Below, piece after piece: positions 39,761 to 53,090 of a stretch of 64,000 bases of DNA. The position numbers and the translations under genes were made by a program. The stretch is taken from the NCBI RefSeq assembly GCF_006345805.1, contig NC_042999.1, positions 105,214,001 to 105,278,000 of the forward strand, written 5' to 3'. Source of the DNA: Octopus sinensis (Eukaryota). The stretch's first letter is position 1, and every line of letters starts with the position of its first letter. The notes below the pieces were generated by a model. That model was not told the DNA's origin. It did not search any database and was given only the letters and a program-made list of their open reading frames with translations.

Positions 39761-40440
39761 GTGATGAAATCTCGCAGCTGATTTTGCTGGATATGATGCT
39801 GAGTAAGGGTCAGCTACCCAGAGCCAGCAGGATAAGTTGACTCTTGTTTACTGGTCATGCCTCAAGAACACTGCGAAGAATTTCTGAAGTTCCATGCATC
39901 GCTGATTTTTGTAGATGTACTACCTTTACATTTGTGCCAATCTTTTTCAGCCAAGTTGGTTGTTGAGTGCTGATACATCCTAGTGCGCCAGTTACTGTTG
40001 AGTTCACGTTTACTCTCCTCATTGACCACAGTCTTCGTATTTCTCACTTCAAATCGTCGTAGTTCTTCATTTTTTCTTCTTTCTCTTTGATCTTGTTGTC
40101 ATCGGGACATGCTATGTCCATTATCGGGCACGTTTTTCTTTTTTTTTTATTTCACCACAACATTGTGCAATTTCCGATGTCTGGTCAGGTGATTGCACTG
40201 AATCCTTACATCCCACAGGATTCTACAATTTTCATTCTCGGTATTTGCTTCTGGTTTTTTTCTCATAAAACCCCTTTGCTCTTTGTAGGCCGTGATTTCC
40301 AAAAGGATCCCAATTGTTCGTTCTTGCCACATTGTCATGCCGTCTCTTGTATTCGCGTTGTGCCAATTTCGGAAATACGATGTACCATGCCGTGTCATCC
40401 CTATCACAATCTCCTATTCAGGATCGATGAACTAAATAAC
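39759..40440 (-). mobile_element. R4/Dong-like LINE 3' fragment (restriction-like endonuclease region)
   Basis: ENENCRILWD.RIQCNHLTRHRKLHNVVV plus frameshifted C-terminus, 3' UTR and (TAA)n tail. Confidence 0.85.
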
Positions 40441-40859
40441 GCAACGGGTTAGACCTTGTGCCTATAATAAAAATGTTTAGTTTCACTGCAGCGGAATTTA
40501 TTTTCGCGGAGATGTGTGGTATCTAGGAGTGATATTATTTGTATGTTATTCATATTCATAAATCTTGGGATTTTTATTATGTATTCATCTGTGGTTTTAA
40601 TCTTACCTAATGCATCTGTTAATATAGGGATTACTTTTACTTTCAGGCTCCATAGTCAGGTTACCTCAATTTTATAATTTTTGTATTTCGAGGTTACCCC
40701 TTTCTTTTAGCGATAGATTGTCCTCTATTGAAATTGATGGCTATCAGAAGGCATTTCGTTTCTTGGTAATCACTCGCAACTGTATCTGATCCAGTAGCCT
40801 TAATCTATCAGCTTGCGTGGTTTGGCATATTTCAGGTTGGTTTGACATTTTCTGAGATT

Positions 40860-41140
40860 TTCTAGAATATGCATATTCCATCCTTTTTCTCTTGTCATTG
40901 TGTGGGCCAGGCATAGCTTCCAGTGTGTACAGGCCGAAATTTCAATGGTTCTATTCCTTTTTAATCAGGAAGGACAGCCAGAAACAATATGATTTATTGT
41001 TTCTTTCACAATGCCACATATTCTGCCGTAACGTATTGTATTTTTCTTCCTTGCTTGTTTTTGTGGAGTTGGGGCTTGATTTGCTGCGCCGATTGAAATC
41101 TCTCCAGACACTGCTCTGAGTCCTGAGCATTTCAAACAGT
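40860..41140 (-). mobile_element. Old R4/Dong-like fragment (CCHC region)
   Basis: CSGLRAVSGE...RICGIVKETINHIVSGCP...HWKLC parallels ORF 50569-50985. Confidence 0.65.
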
Positions 41141-41187
41141 GTTGTCTTTCATTTGTGTATGTGTTGCACTGTATCTAGTTCATTGTA

Positions 41188-41255
41188 TTTCATCCTTTCG
41201 GGATCGATAAAATAATTACCAATTGAGTAGTTGGTTGATATAATCGGCTACCTCC
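41188..41255 (+). mobile_element. SINE central-domain fragment
   Basis: TTTCATCCTTTCGGGATCGATAAAATAATTACC matches the main SINE family. Confidence 0.7.
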
Positions 41256-41276
41256 GTGCTTATAAAAGAAAAGGAT

Positions 41277-41277
41277 C

Positions 41278-41308
<31 letters not shown>

Positions 41309-41320
41309 CCACCACCACCA

Positions 41321-41409
<89 letters not shown>

Positions 41410-41423
41410 CACCACCACCACCA

Positions 41424-41518
<95 letters not shown>

Positions 41519-41535
41519 CCATCATCATCATCATT
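41277..41535. repeat. (CAT)n microsatellite with CAC/CTT interruptions
   Basis: Direct repeats. Confidence 0.95.
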
Positions 41536-41879
41536 ATAGTTTCTATTACTGTATTCAACAGAGTATGTAGAAGAGAAGAAAATGTAACCCAGAAAATTCA
41601 GTTATCTTGCAAAGTGAGACCTCAGGAAGCAAAGCCTCGACATGTACTCACCCGAGACATTGTGTACACTTAGAACGAGTGCGATATAGTCCAGTGCAGA
41701 CCTCAAGGTGGACAGGAACGTGAACGATATTACGAGTACATTCTAAGTTGTAGCGATCACGAACATATTACGTGTAGATGCTGAATGCAATATGACATCT
41801 TATCTTACTACATTGTACATCAGACATATGATCCCAGTCCATCGGCTACCAAAATGTTCCGTGCAAAGGAATCTGTGAC

Positions 41880-42200
41880 ATAGCTATTGAAACATAGACT
41901 GCCGCTCAATTTACAGAATCTTCAGTCATTTAGCATGATCGCCTTTGGCGGCATATTCTTGTTCAAACCATTATTTTAATAAAATTGTAGTTCTTGTCAA
42001 TGGAAGATCAAAACGGAGTGTTTGACAACTGGATTGCTGTCCGGCGATCACAGTCCTTAATCAGTCGAGCAAAACAGCCGGTTGAACATACACGTTTCTT
42101 CTCTATAGCAGAGTAGTTCTAATGAGCTGCATCGAATATTTGGGAGTAACTCGTTACATCAATGAAAACCAATTGTCTGCTCATTTTCCTAGAAAACTTA
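41880..42200 (+). mobile_element. Possible very old LINE RT remnant
   Basis: VLVNGRSKR, TTGLLSGDHSP and EYLGV appear in RT motif order across frameshifts. Confidence 0.3.
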
Positions 42201-45200
42201 CATCTCAGTGACATACGAATGTAGCAGACTTTTTTCGACGTAGTCTCTGGAAAGTCAATGCTCCGTTATTCTGGTGTGCTCATTGTAAGTTCACGAACGA
42301 TACATTGTGCATCCAATTGATATATATCTGAATACTTCTGACATTGATCTGTTGTCTCATATGAAATAAATCGGGTTATCACTGAGTCCAACGTGAATAG
42401 TAACTAACTTTTTTTAACTGGAGAGTAAGCGGTTTTCCGTTGTCTGTGCTTATAGTGAAAGAGGCTACATGGTGAAGGCGACTGAAGGAATTGAAATTCG
42501 ATACATTATGTCGATGAATATTATATTGACTTAAAATTCTGTATTTTGTATTTCATTTACAAATTACACACCCACTACTATTCACTTTGGTAGCCTCTTT
42601 TTATATTCATACATTTTATTATTATTTACACGTAAACAAATTTAAATGTCTAGTTAAAGCACACACATATATATATGTATATGTATATATATATTTGAGA
42701 GTGAGAATCCTATGTTAATCAACTACAAATGTTATGTATTTATTTCAGTTCTTAATATTAGTATTTTGCCACAAACTTGTGATCTTCCCATTATTATATG
42801 TCTCTTTTAACGATCTTTTCTTATATAAGTTATTTTTTAATATTTCGTTACTGTACTTTGTTAAATTTTATGTGTTTTTTGTCTTTTTAATATTTTTTAG
42901 ACACGGTGCCACGAAGTTTTCTGGTTCAGTCATATTGGATAAGTTTTCAAATAAGATATAGAAATCATTTCAATAGATTATGAAATAAAACAGATTCAGA
43001 AACATTGATGTTTTCATAGATCCCAACCAGGCTTTTGAAAATATATTTATTAATGGGAATCAATGTAAGTTATGTTGCAGACATAAATTTGTTAATAGCT
43101 ATTCTAACAGAAATATATATACACTGAGTTTGTTTTGAATATGTCATAATATATAAAATCTCTCGACTTCAAGACAAAACCGCAAACATTTTCCCATTAT
43201 AAATCTATGAAGCGTATATTCAACATGATATTTCAATAATAACTATTTGAATACTTGTATCAGTTGCCTTACAAATTCTGGGCAGACGTCACATGCTGTG
43301 TTATTCACACACTCCATGAACTGACTCCAATAATGTCATATGTAGACGTGTGATATTGTTTTGTTTATCCATCAGTTTTCTAGTAATTGTTTCTATCCAG
43401 ACATTTTGTTTCATGGAATAAGTAAAAATAAATCTTGTGTTTTATATCACAAAATGTTATCCAAAAATCCTCAAAATACACTTTGACTAAGAAATTAAAT
43501 TACACGCAATATAGGAATTTAACATACAGAACAACGTACCCCTGAATTATTTTTCCTTTAAGCATACATTTGATATTTATAATCAGCGTCACATTTGCTA
43601 TGTCTCTATTTATCATTACTCGTGATTTTTTTCAATTGTCTGAGAATATACTTCGGTGAGGAAGATAAAATAAGAACCGAACATGTACGTTACGTTCATT
43701 ACTCAGCTTTCAAAACCAGATGCACCCACTCCTATCTCAACCAGCTTTTTTACTTGAAAGAATCGGTTGATATGACTAAAGACTAAAGTTGCTAAAATAG
43801 TTATTGAAATAATCACGGACGCTGGGACGAAACTACGAGTAAAGAAATGTGCAAAACTCAGATTGTTTGTTGTTTCACAACATTTTAACGTGTTACAGAA
43901 TATAAATATTTTAATATTTACGACTAAGGGAAAGCAGAATATATAGAAATAAATGCATCAATGCTACAAACTCTCGCCTAGTTAATATCCGGATACCTAA
44001 AACTGAGCTTCATTAGCAAGTGAGAGACTGTAATGCGTATGGAATTGCAATCAAATGGAGATATTGGCTTCTATTTGCTTACTGGTAGAAGAGAAATTGC
44101 ACACACCTAAACACACACCTACAATCAATACGCACACATATACAAATACAGTTACACGGCATTACAACTTTGCAAACATGTAGGGAGATAGAACATTCAA
44201 ACCAATAGTAAAAAGTAAATACAGAACAAGTTAACAAATCAGTGCACGTGTAAATTTTGGCATCAATATTTTTGTATTTATGTATCTGTCTCTCTATGTC
44301 TATCTATCTACCTACTTATTTGTCTGTCCCCTGTCTCTCTGTATGTATGCGTGTTTATATATACATATACTTACATCTTAACTATCGTCATCATCTTAGC
44401 CATCGTCTTCATCGTTATAGTCCTCACAATTAAATCACCATATTTCATATGATGGTGCTCATGATTATAAAATGGAAATATTATTCGGCTGATGAAGGTT
44501 AATTTTTCTAAAAATGTAATAGATAGTGATGTTTAAGATTAAATGAAAAAGTATTTACGCTGAAGATTTATGTACAAATATAAAACAATACAGAAAACTA
44601 TATAAATTAATATTTACTTTTCTTTTTATTTTACTTCCTTTTGCCTCTATATATTCTGCCTTAAAGACCATGAGGTTCATCAATATTGATAAATATTGGA
44701 AGAAAATACGTCTTTTCTAATCGATTAGTTGACATAAATATAACATCACCAGGATAAATTCCTTGCAATATTTATCTCTGAATTTAAATCTAGTCTAGAG
44801 TAAAACCTGGCTTCTAGGTCAATAAGTGATAGAAAATATATGGAATAGATTTGACTGGTGTATGTGTGTCATGCAGAATTGGTTTTGCGCAGATACAGGA
44901 GGAATTTATATTTCTTGAAGCCACAAATTGTAATACATTTAATGTGGAAATAAAATTTGTATAGTGTAAAATAAGAAAAAAAGAAAAATGAAGTCAAATA
45001 TTCAACCTTTTGGCTCATGATTAATATCAAATCTACACCAGACATTGTCACCATACATGACTGCTCTATAGCAAGAAGATCTAATTAAATAAGATTACAA
45101 TTCAAGAATAGAATTGTCATTGAAAAGCTGCTTCTATTTCTCATACACTCTTTTATAAGTCTTTTAATAGTACATTTGAACTGTTACCATTATATAGAAT

Positions 45201-46304
45201 TTTGCTTTCACTGAATGTGTGATCATTGCTACTAGATTTAAAAAAATGATTATCTGAAATAGGTGACTATCAGAGACTATTTTGAAGAGAACTTGCGACA
45301 AGCTTTTAACATATTTGAAATGTTAAAATGTTGCACTGCACTCCTGCGAGCGACAGTTTAAAAATTTCCTATATTTACTGTGCATAAACATTGGCATTTT
45401 AGAACCAAACGCGCGACAGAATACAGGAAAATAAGTGTTCGATTTTCTTGTGCTATGGTCAGGATATTTCATTCTTCATGTCCTAAGTTTATATTCATAT
45501 GAAAACTCAGTATAGCAGTTTTAACGAATAAGAAAATCTTATAACGATACCTTAGCAGATCTATTGTCTAAATTTTGTAATAATCATACAAGAGCAATAA
45601 TATTTATACAAATATGTTTTATTAAATACAAGGACTTGTAGAGATAAGATATGCGAAACTAAGTTTTGGAAGAAAAGTAGACTGTAAAACCCATTTTTAC
45701 AAATAGCAAATATAACTGAAGGAAATAATAAATGAAAGTATACTGACACAATACATACTGAAAAACTTTTGGATTGATTGATTTCAACAAAGAGTCCCTG
45801 GTAAATGTTGTTGTAGAAACGTTCCAATATATTCGTGGTATACATTTTAATTTTACAAGAAATCTCTCATTCAGTTGTTAATTATATTCGGAACCTGTTT
45901 TTTTGCCATATCAGCTTCATAATATCTGAGGCACAGTTGATGCACAATTCAGTCAGACTGAATTGTGCATCAACTGTGCTAGCTGCAGAGCTATTGCTAG
46001 GTACAGAAGCAGTATTAATACCAAAAGATAACCATTGTATCCAACTTAACACTAAATTCCTCTAAAATATAACTTGAAATTGGCTTATATACAATGGAAT
46101 AAAAGTTTGTGTCCAAATTAATGCGTAAAAAAATATTTTTTAAATATACAAGATTCATAATAAGAAACATCGGATGTTCACCTTCACTTTTGTATCACGG
46201 TAGAAATGAGTATTTGAAGCATGGCTAACGAAAATAATATATATTTATGGGATGTCTGAAAATATGTGAAAGTTCTAATGACCGAGAAGACCACAACGCC
46301 ATAC

Positions 46305-46417
46305 CGAAAGTCTGCCCACTGAAAACACCATGACAAAAAGCATGAGATTAACGATAGAAAGCCAAAGGCCTTGATGCTATACTCCATGTAGTAAGGACTA
46401 CATGGGAGCTTAATGTC
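46305..46417 (-). CDS. Candidate exon (DIKLPCSPYYMEYSIKAFGFLSLISCFLSWCFQWADF)
   Basis: Pyrimidine-rich acceptor TTTCTTATATTCTTCAGTTCTTCAG and donor CG|GTATGG; one open frame. No homology recognised. Confidence 0.2.
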
Positions 46418-47129
46418 CTGAAGAACTGAAGAATATAAGAAACAAATAGAGGGACACGTAACTAACGGGTATCGATGGAAATAGTAAAAAAACAACAATA
46501 TAACAGTTTCCTGAGTAACGTCAACCAAGACTCAGGTGTTTGTGCTCACTATAAGAAACAAATACGGTAGGGCATTATCCCCTAATCTTGCTAACCAGTA
46601 GTACTACTCCATCATCGCAGGGAGAGAAAAGTAGTTGAAGTCGGAAAGAAAGAAGAGTCGACATAATGGGAAGGGAAGATTTAATGTCTTCAAATTAATA
46701 ACGATAAAATTCTTCAAGAAAATATCGAAGAAAAAGAAGAGGAGGAAAAGAAACTAAGCTTCACCATCCTTCGTAAATTTAAGAAACAATATTTTTTTTT
46801 TAATTAACCTGGTTCCTTGCAACATCAGTGTCTGAAGAGTCAGTGAAATTCCATAATTCGCTTTCAGTTAGATTTACCTGGTATTCAGCTACCGAACGTC
46901 TGCACTGAAGTGACGGGGCACATCGAAATAACGTGATCTGCCGGTTTGAGCGCCCATGGCATATGATTCTTATCTGCCAGCGATATAAGTATGTGTACTT
47001 TTATGCACCATGCGTCCATATGAAAAGGTCATTCGACGTAAATAATGCAGTATTTACAGATCTAAGAATATATACACACCAAGACGGATATAAAGACATG
47101 TTTGGGACATTAAAACTGCTTCCATCAAT

Positions 47130-47410
47130 AATAATTATTTAACAACAACAACAACAACAACAACAACAATAATAATAATAATAATAATAATACTGCTGCT
47201 GTTATTGCTGTTACCTCTGCTGCTGCTACCAATGCTACTGCTGTCACTACTACTAATACTATTGCTACCACTGTTGTTGTTGCTGCTACTACTGCTAGTA
47301 CTACCACTGCTGCTGCTACTACTACTGCTGCTGTTGTTGCTGCTGCCATTACTATTGCTACTACCACTGTCGCTGCTGCTGCTGACAATGATATTGCTGA
47401 TGCTACAACT
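47130..47410. repeat. Cryptic triplet repeat (AAC/AAT then TGC/TAC/TGT)
   Basis: Direct low-complexity triplets. Confidence 0.9.
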
Positions 47411-48185
47411 ACTGGGGCTGCTATTTGGTTTTGACTGGACTTTGTGTCTTCTGACATACGTTCGATTAAAATGCGTGCGGAAAGTCGATTACGTGTACTT
47501 AAAACTAAGTTTGTCGTCAACTGAATTGGTTATTATTATTATATTGTTCATGAGTGTGTATGTGAGCGTATGGGTGCGTATGTGAAGACGGTTGTGCGTG
47601 TACGTATGTATATCTTAGTATATCTGTATTTCTCTATGTAGAAACAGTTTCTTGATATTTCAGTGATTGAAGTCATGTTATATTTCGAAACATTAACTGA
47701 AAATGCAGGAAAATTTGATGTTAATTTAATTTGTGCATAGCAAATGTACTGACAATCTGCCGATGGCGAAGTAAGTATGTATACGCGTGAGGCTCTGAGT
47801 TATTTAACTCAGTGACGCATCAAGATTCTTAATGTTATATACGTGATTATGCATTCAACATCCCATCACATATTCGTAAGAATTCATTGTATGAAGATAC
47901 GAGTGAAATTCTAAGTTAACTGTCTCCGCAATAAACAGCCTTGTTTCATTAAAACCATACACAAAGAACTAGGGATACAGAATATAGAAAGGACACAATA
48001 TCTAATAAATGTTGCATAGGCGAAAAATGTTGCATTATTCATGGTTGTAATACATTTCCTTAGATTTGCTGGAACAGCGCAGACCTGCAGGTAAACAACA
48101 GCTCTCAGACTATTTTCTTTGATATAATAGACATTATGAAGGATTCTTTAAGTATTTGATATACTCATAACTCGATTACATTCAA

Positions 48186-48212
48186 ATAATAATAATAATT
48201 ATAATAATAATG

Positions 48213-48266
<54 letters not shown>

Positions 48267-48323
48267 TTAATGATAATAGTAGTAATAATAATAACAACAA
48301 TAATAATAATAATAGTAGTAGTA

Positions 48324-48392
<69 letters not shown>

Positions 48393-48398
48393 GTAGTA

Positions 48399-48443
<45 letters not shown>

Positions 48444-48665
48444 TAATAATAATAATAATAATAATAGCAATGATGATGATGATGATGATGATGATGAAGA
48501 TGATGATGATGATACAAATGATAACATCAATCTTAATAATAGATGGCAATAACAATAACAATCATAGCAATAATACATAACAACAACAACAATATCAACT
48601 GCGATAATAATAATAGAGAGTAATGTGGATGATGACGCTGTCGCTGATGATGATGATGATAACAA
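48186..48665. repeat. Long (AAT)n-based array grading into (GAT)n/(AAC)n
   Basis: About 480 bp of direct triplets. Confidence 0.95.
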
Positions 48666-49177
48666 CAAGAATTATGATATTTAGAAAACAATGTTAGGAA
48701 AGAAAACAATAAATTACGTGTAAAACGAAAAGAATCAATATGAAAATATTACTAAATATTTCCCAATTCCCCATTCAAAGAGAAATTTTCATTTAAAATT
48801 CCAGTCACAAGTATTACTAATTGATACTTGTAATTAAATTATATTATTTTTTGAAGTGATTGAAACTTTATTTGGTGATTATGTGTCAAGTAATTTATTT
48901 AAAGTTTCAACTTTCTTCTGAACTTAGAATAGAACGAGTTTAATTAGTTAAACATTTCAGATGAATATTACAAATGAATTAAAAACAAATAAAGCAAAAA
49001 AAAAAGAAAAGATAAATTAAGACTGCAAAAAATAAAGAAATATTCAAATATAAATAAACATTCAATATAAATAATAAAATATGAATTACGAATTACTAAT
49101 ATTACTGCTAATGCTGAACTGCTGGTGCAGCAGTTGCAACTATAATAATAATAATAACAATAATAATAATAATAATG

Positions 49178-49260
<83 letters not shown>

Positions 49261-49262
<2 letters not shown>

Positions 49263-49942
49263 TTCTTTTTTTCTTCTTTCAAATTTGCTTCCATTTCTTG
49301 CCGAGTGTCTTCCCGACTCCTAGGGCAAAGAAACTCATAGTATACATTGGTAGGCCATTAAACCAAACTCAGTAGTTCGTTCATTTTTTTTTTTTAAGTT
49401 AAATTAAAATACATGAGCAGCAACAGTTCTCACATCGACAATGCTCTTCTCAATACGTGTGATGTACCAGTTAAGACAATCTTTTGTACTTCTTGCAGGG
49501 ATGGTAAGCCAGGGATCATTCTCATATAATTTTTGGTTCCCTTCTTGATCATTCCTAGTGCTCCTACGATCACTGGTATTGTAACCGCCTTGAGATGCCA
49601 CATTTTCTCAATTTCAATGAGTAGGTCTTTATATTTTCTGAGCTTGTCAAACTCTTTCGCTGAGATATTATGATCACAGGGGATGCTCATGTCGATCAAT
49701 AAGCAAACTTTATTGTTTTGGTCTTTCACAACAATATCTGGTTTATTGGCCTTGATGGTTCGGTCTGTATGTACTGGAAAGTCCCACAGAATGGTTACAT
49801 TTTCTCCTTCAGTTACAGCTTCAGGGTGGTGATTATACCACTTGTCGGCAGTTTTGATATTGTAATGCCGACTTATTAGCCAGTGTAGATATTGGCCAAC
49901 TCTGTCATGTCTTAATTTATACTCCACTGGAGCTAAGACTTT
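49261..49942 (-). mobile_element. Dong/R4-like LINE copy A (5'-truncated, endonuclease domain plus 3' UTR)
   Basis: ORF 49430-49927: RHDRV...ILWDFPVHTDRTIKANKPDIVV...LIDMSIP...KLRKY...TGTSHVLRRALSM*. TAA tail at 49231-49260. Confidence 0.95.
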
Positions 49943-50079
49943 ATTTCATCCGTCATTACGTTCTGACGTTGAATTGGTCTTTCATCCTTTCGGTGTCCAT
50001 AAAATTAGTACCGGTGAAACACTGGGGTTGGTGTAGTTGACTTATCCTCTCACCACAAAAATACAGGCCTTGTGCAAAA
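49943..50079 (+). mobile_element. tRNA-derived SINE, 5'-truncated, with (ATT)n tail
   Basis: TTACGTTCTGA...TTTCATCCTTTCGGTGTCCATAAAATTAGTACC...GGCCTTGTGC then (TTA)n. Confidence 0.85.
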
Positions 50080-50130
50080 AATTATTATTATTATTATTAT
50101 TATCATTATTATTATTATTTATTATTATTA

Positions 50131-50203
<73 letters not shown>

Positions 50204-50206
<3 letters not shown>

Positions 50207-52726
50207 TAGTTTTATTTTTATAGCGTACTTTCACTTCACTACCGAGCGCAGCTCTGTGTGCCTTGGGTATGTGCTGTGATTTGTTGTGATGCTCTGATGG
50301 TTATTGTATGGAAAGTGTTCTGCGTAGGATGTGTGCAGTGCCTAGTAGTGCAATTTTCTGTATGTTGTATGTGTTTGTAAGTCCTGGTGTTTTTGTTATG
50401 TATTTGTCTGAATATTTTTTTATCATGCCTAATGCACCTACTATGATAGGAATTGTTTCTGTTTTCAGGTTCCACATTCTAGTTACCTCTATTTCCAGGT
50501 CTTTGTATTTTGAGAGTTTCTCCATTTCTTTTAGAGAACGTTGTCATCTGCCGGTATTGATACATCAATTAGAAAGCATTTTTTTCTTCATGATCTCTGA
50601 CAACTATATCTGGTCTGTTGGCCTTAATTTCTCTATCTGTGTGTATCGGCATATCCCAGAGTATGGTTGCTTTCTCGTTTTCTGTGACCTTTTCTGGTGT
50701 GTGCCTATACCATCTTTTTTCTGTTGTTATTCCATAATGTTGGCATAGCTTCCAATGTATGTAGGCTCCAACTCTGTCATGTCTGTGAATATATTCCTTC
50801 TTAGCCAGGACTGGGCAGCTAGAGATAATATGATTTATTGTTTCTTGTCCATCTTCACATATTCTGCAGTTACTTGTAATATTTCTTTTCATTACATGTT
50901 TTTGGTAATTTCTGGTGGGGGGGCTTTGGTCTTGTGCTGCAATTAAAAATCCCTCTGTTTCTGCTTTGAGTCCTGAGCTTCTCAACCATTGCTGGGATTT
51001 TTCTTTGTCTATTTCTTTTGCGTTTAGTTTAGTGCAGTATTTACCATGAAGGGGCTTTTCTTGCCATCGTTTATCATGGCTCGTTGCTGTTCTATTTTTA
51101 GTTTGGATTTCATTTGTTTTATAGCTTTTGTTGTTTCTTCATCATCTTCTTCTTCTTCTTTGTGTTTATTAGGTGGTATGATTTCTTGTTTGTATTTGTC
51201 AGCTTCCTTAAATACTGAGAACAGTTTTTTTGTTTTGCTCGTGTTTTGCTGCTATCTGGATCAGTTTTCCTTCCTTCTGAAGTAGGTATTTTTGCAGTTC
51301 TATGGTGGTTATTTTATAGTAGTTTTCCAGCTGTATAAGGCCTCTACCACCTTCTATACGTTGTATATATAGTCTTTCTATGTCAGATTTTGGGTGATGC
51401 ATCCTAGATCCTGTCAGTATTTTTCTTGTTTTCCTATCTATTTTGGACAGTTCATTTCGTGTCCAGTTAAGGATATTGTAGCTGTAACTTATAACTGGGA
51501 CAGCTAAAGTGTTGATACCTATTATCTTGTTTTTAGCATTGAGCTCTGTTTTTAGTATTGATCTACCTCGTCTATAATATTCTTTTTTTATTTTCTCTTT
51601 CATTTGTGTGTGTTGTGTCTTATCTAGTTCATGGATTCCTAAGTATTTGTAAGTTTGGCTTTGTCTAATTCTTTTATTTCATTGGTTTTATGTAGTGTGA
51701 TGTTGTTACTCTTAACTAGTTTTCCTCTTTTCATGGTTACTTTGGCGCATTTTTCTAATCCAAATTTCATATCTATTTCTTTGGTAAATCCATGAACTGT
51801 CTTTAATAGTGTTTCCAGCTGTTTGTCATTTGCAGCGTATAGTTTTAGGTCATCCATATATAAAAGGTGGCTGATCGTTTTGCCGTAACATTTATATCCG
51901 CATCCAGTTCTATTTAGCATATCAGATAGAGGTGACAGTGCCAAGCAGAAAAGGAGTGGAGAGAGCGTGTCTCCCTGGAATATTCTTCTTCTAATGGGGA
52001 TGTCTTTGGTTTTCATGAGTCCCTCTTTTGTTTGGAGGTGTAGGACTGTTTGCCATTTATTCATAGAGTGCCCTATGAATTTTATGATTGTTGGTGCTAC
52101 TTTGTTAACGGCTAGTGTTTCGAGGATCCATGTGTGGGGGATGCTATCAAACGCCTTTTTGTAGTCAATCCAGGCCATACTGAGGCCTTTCTTCTTTCTG
52201 TGGCTGTCTTCAGTTACGGCTTTATTAATCATTAGTTGATCTTTACAGCCATATGAACCCTTGCGGCATCCTTTCTGCTCTTCTGGGAACAGTTTGTTTT
52301 CGTCCAGGTGCTTGTTCAGCCTTTGCGATATCACTGCAGTAAATGCCTTGAACATAGTAGGGAGGCAGGTTATTGTAGTTTTCTGGTTTTGTTGTTTCAT
52401 TTGATTTGGGGTTTAAGATGGTTTTCCCCTTCGTGAGCCATTCAGGCATTGTCTCTGGCTCTGCTAGTATGCTGTTAAAGTTTTCAGCCAGCTTTTTGTG
52501 CATTCCTGTTAGATATTTCAACCAGAAGTTGGGGATCTTGTCATGCCCAGGTGCCTTCCAGTTGCTTAGTTATTGCAGTGCCTGGGTGACCTCTTCAGTC
52601 GTTATGGGGGTCCAAAGTTGTTCAGATGCCGAGTTTGTTATTTTCATACTCCTTTTTTTTGGCTGTTCGTTCGCCGACCATATTTCTCTCCAGAATTCTT
52701 CCAATTCTTCTGCCGTTGGTGCTGCA

Positions 52727-52727
<1 letters not shown>
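50204..52727 (-). mobile_element. Dong/R4-like LINE copy B (RT, CCHC and endonuclease; frameshifted)
   Basis: WKAPGHDKIPNFW, ITCLPT, EEQKGCRKGSYGCKDQL, WIDYKKAFDSIPH, IFQGDTLSP, YMDDLKLY, RLYIQRIEGGRGL, CRICEDGQETINHIISSC, RPDIVV, LGTAHILRRTL. Confidence 0.97.
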
Positions 52728-52780
<53 letters not shown>

Positions 52781-52782
<2 letters not shown>

Positions 52783-53025
52783 TTTTTTTTCTTCTTCTTT
52801 CAAATTTTCTTCCATTTCTTGCCGAGTGTCGTCCCGACTCCTAGGGCAAAGAAACTCATAGTGTATATTGGTAGGCCATTAAACCAAACCTAGTAGTTCG
52901 TTCATTTAAAAAAAAATTTTTTTTTTAAGTTAAATTAAAATGCATTACCAGCAACAGTTCTCACATCGACAATGCTCTTCTCAATACGTGTGATGTACCA
53001 GTTAAGACAATCTTTTGCACTGTCA
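52781..53025 (-). mobile_element. Dong/R4-like LINE copy C (about 245-bp 3' end, same subfamily as A)
   Basis: Near-identical to 49261-49490; TTA arrays on both sides. Confidence 0.95.
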
Positions 53026-53089
<64 letters not shown>

Positions 53090-53090
53090 T

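Noticed and set aside
41649-41790. Strong minus-strand donor (CGG|GTGAGT) with a Cys-containing frame
   Set aside because: The best upstream acceptor gives stops in all frames, and the region borders a probable old LINE.
43595-43786. 63-aa ORF with a signal-peptide-like start
   Set aside because: Hydrophobic starts are expected by chance in AT-rich DNA, and there is no other support.
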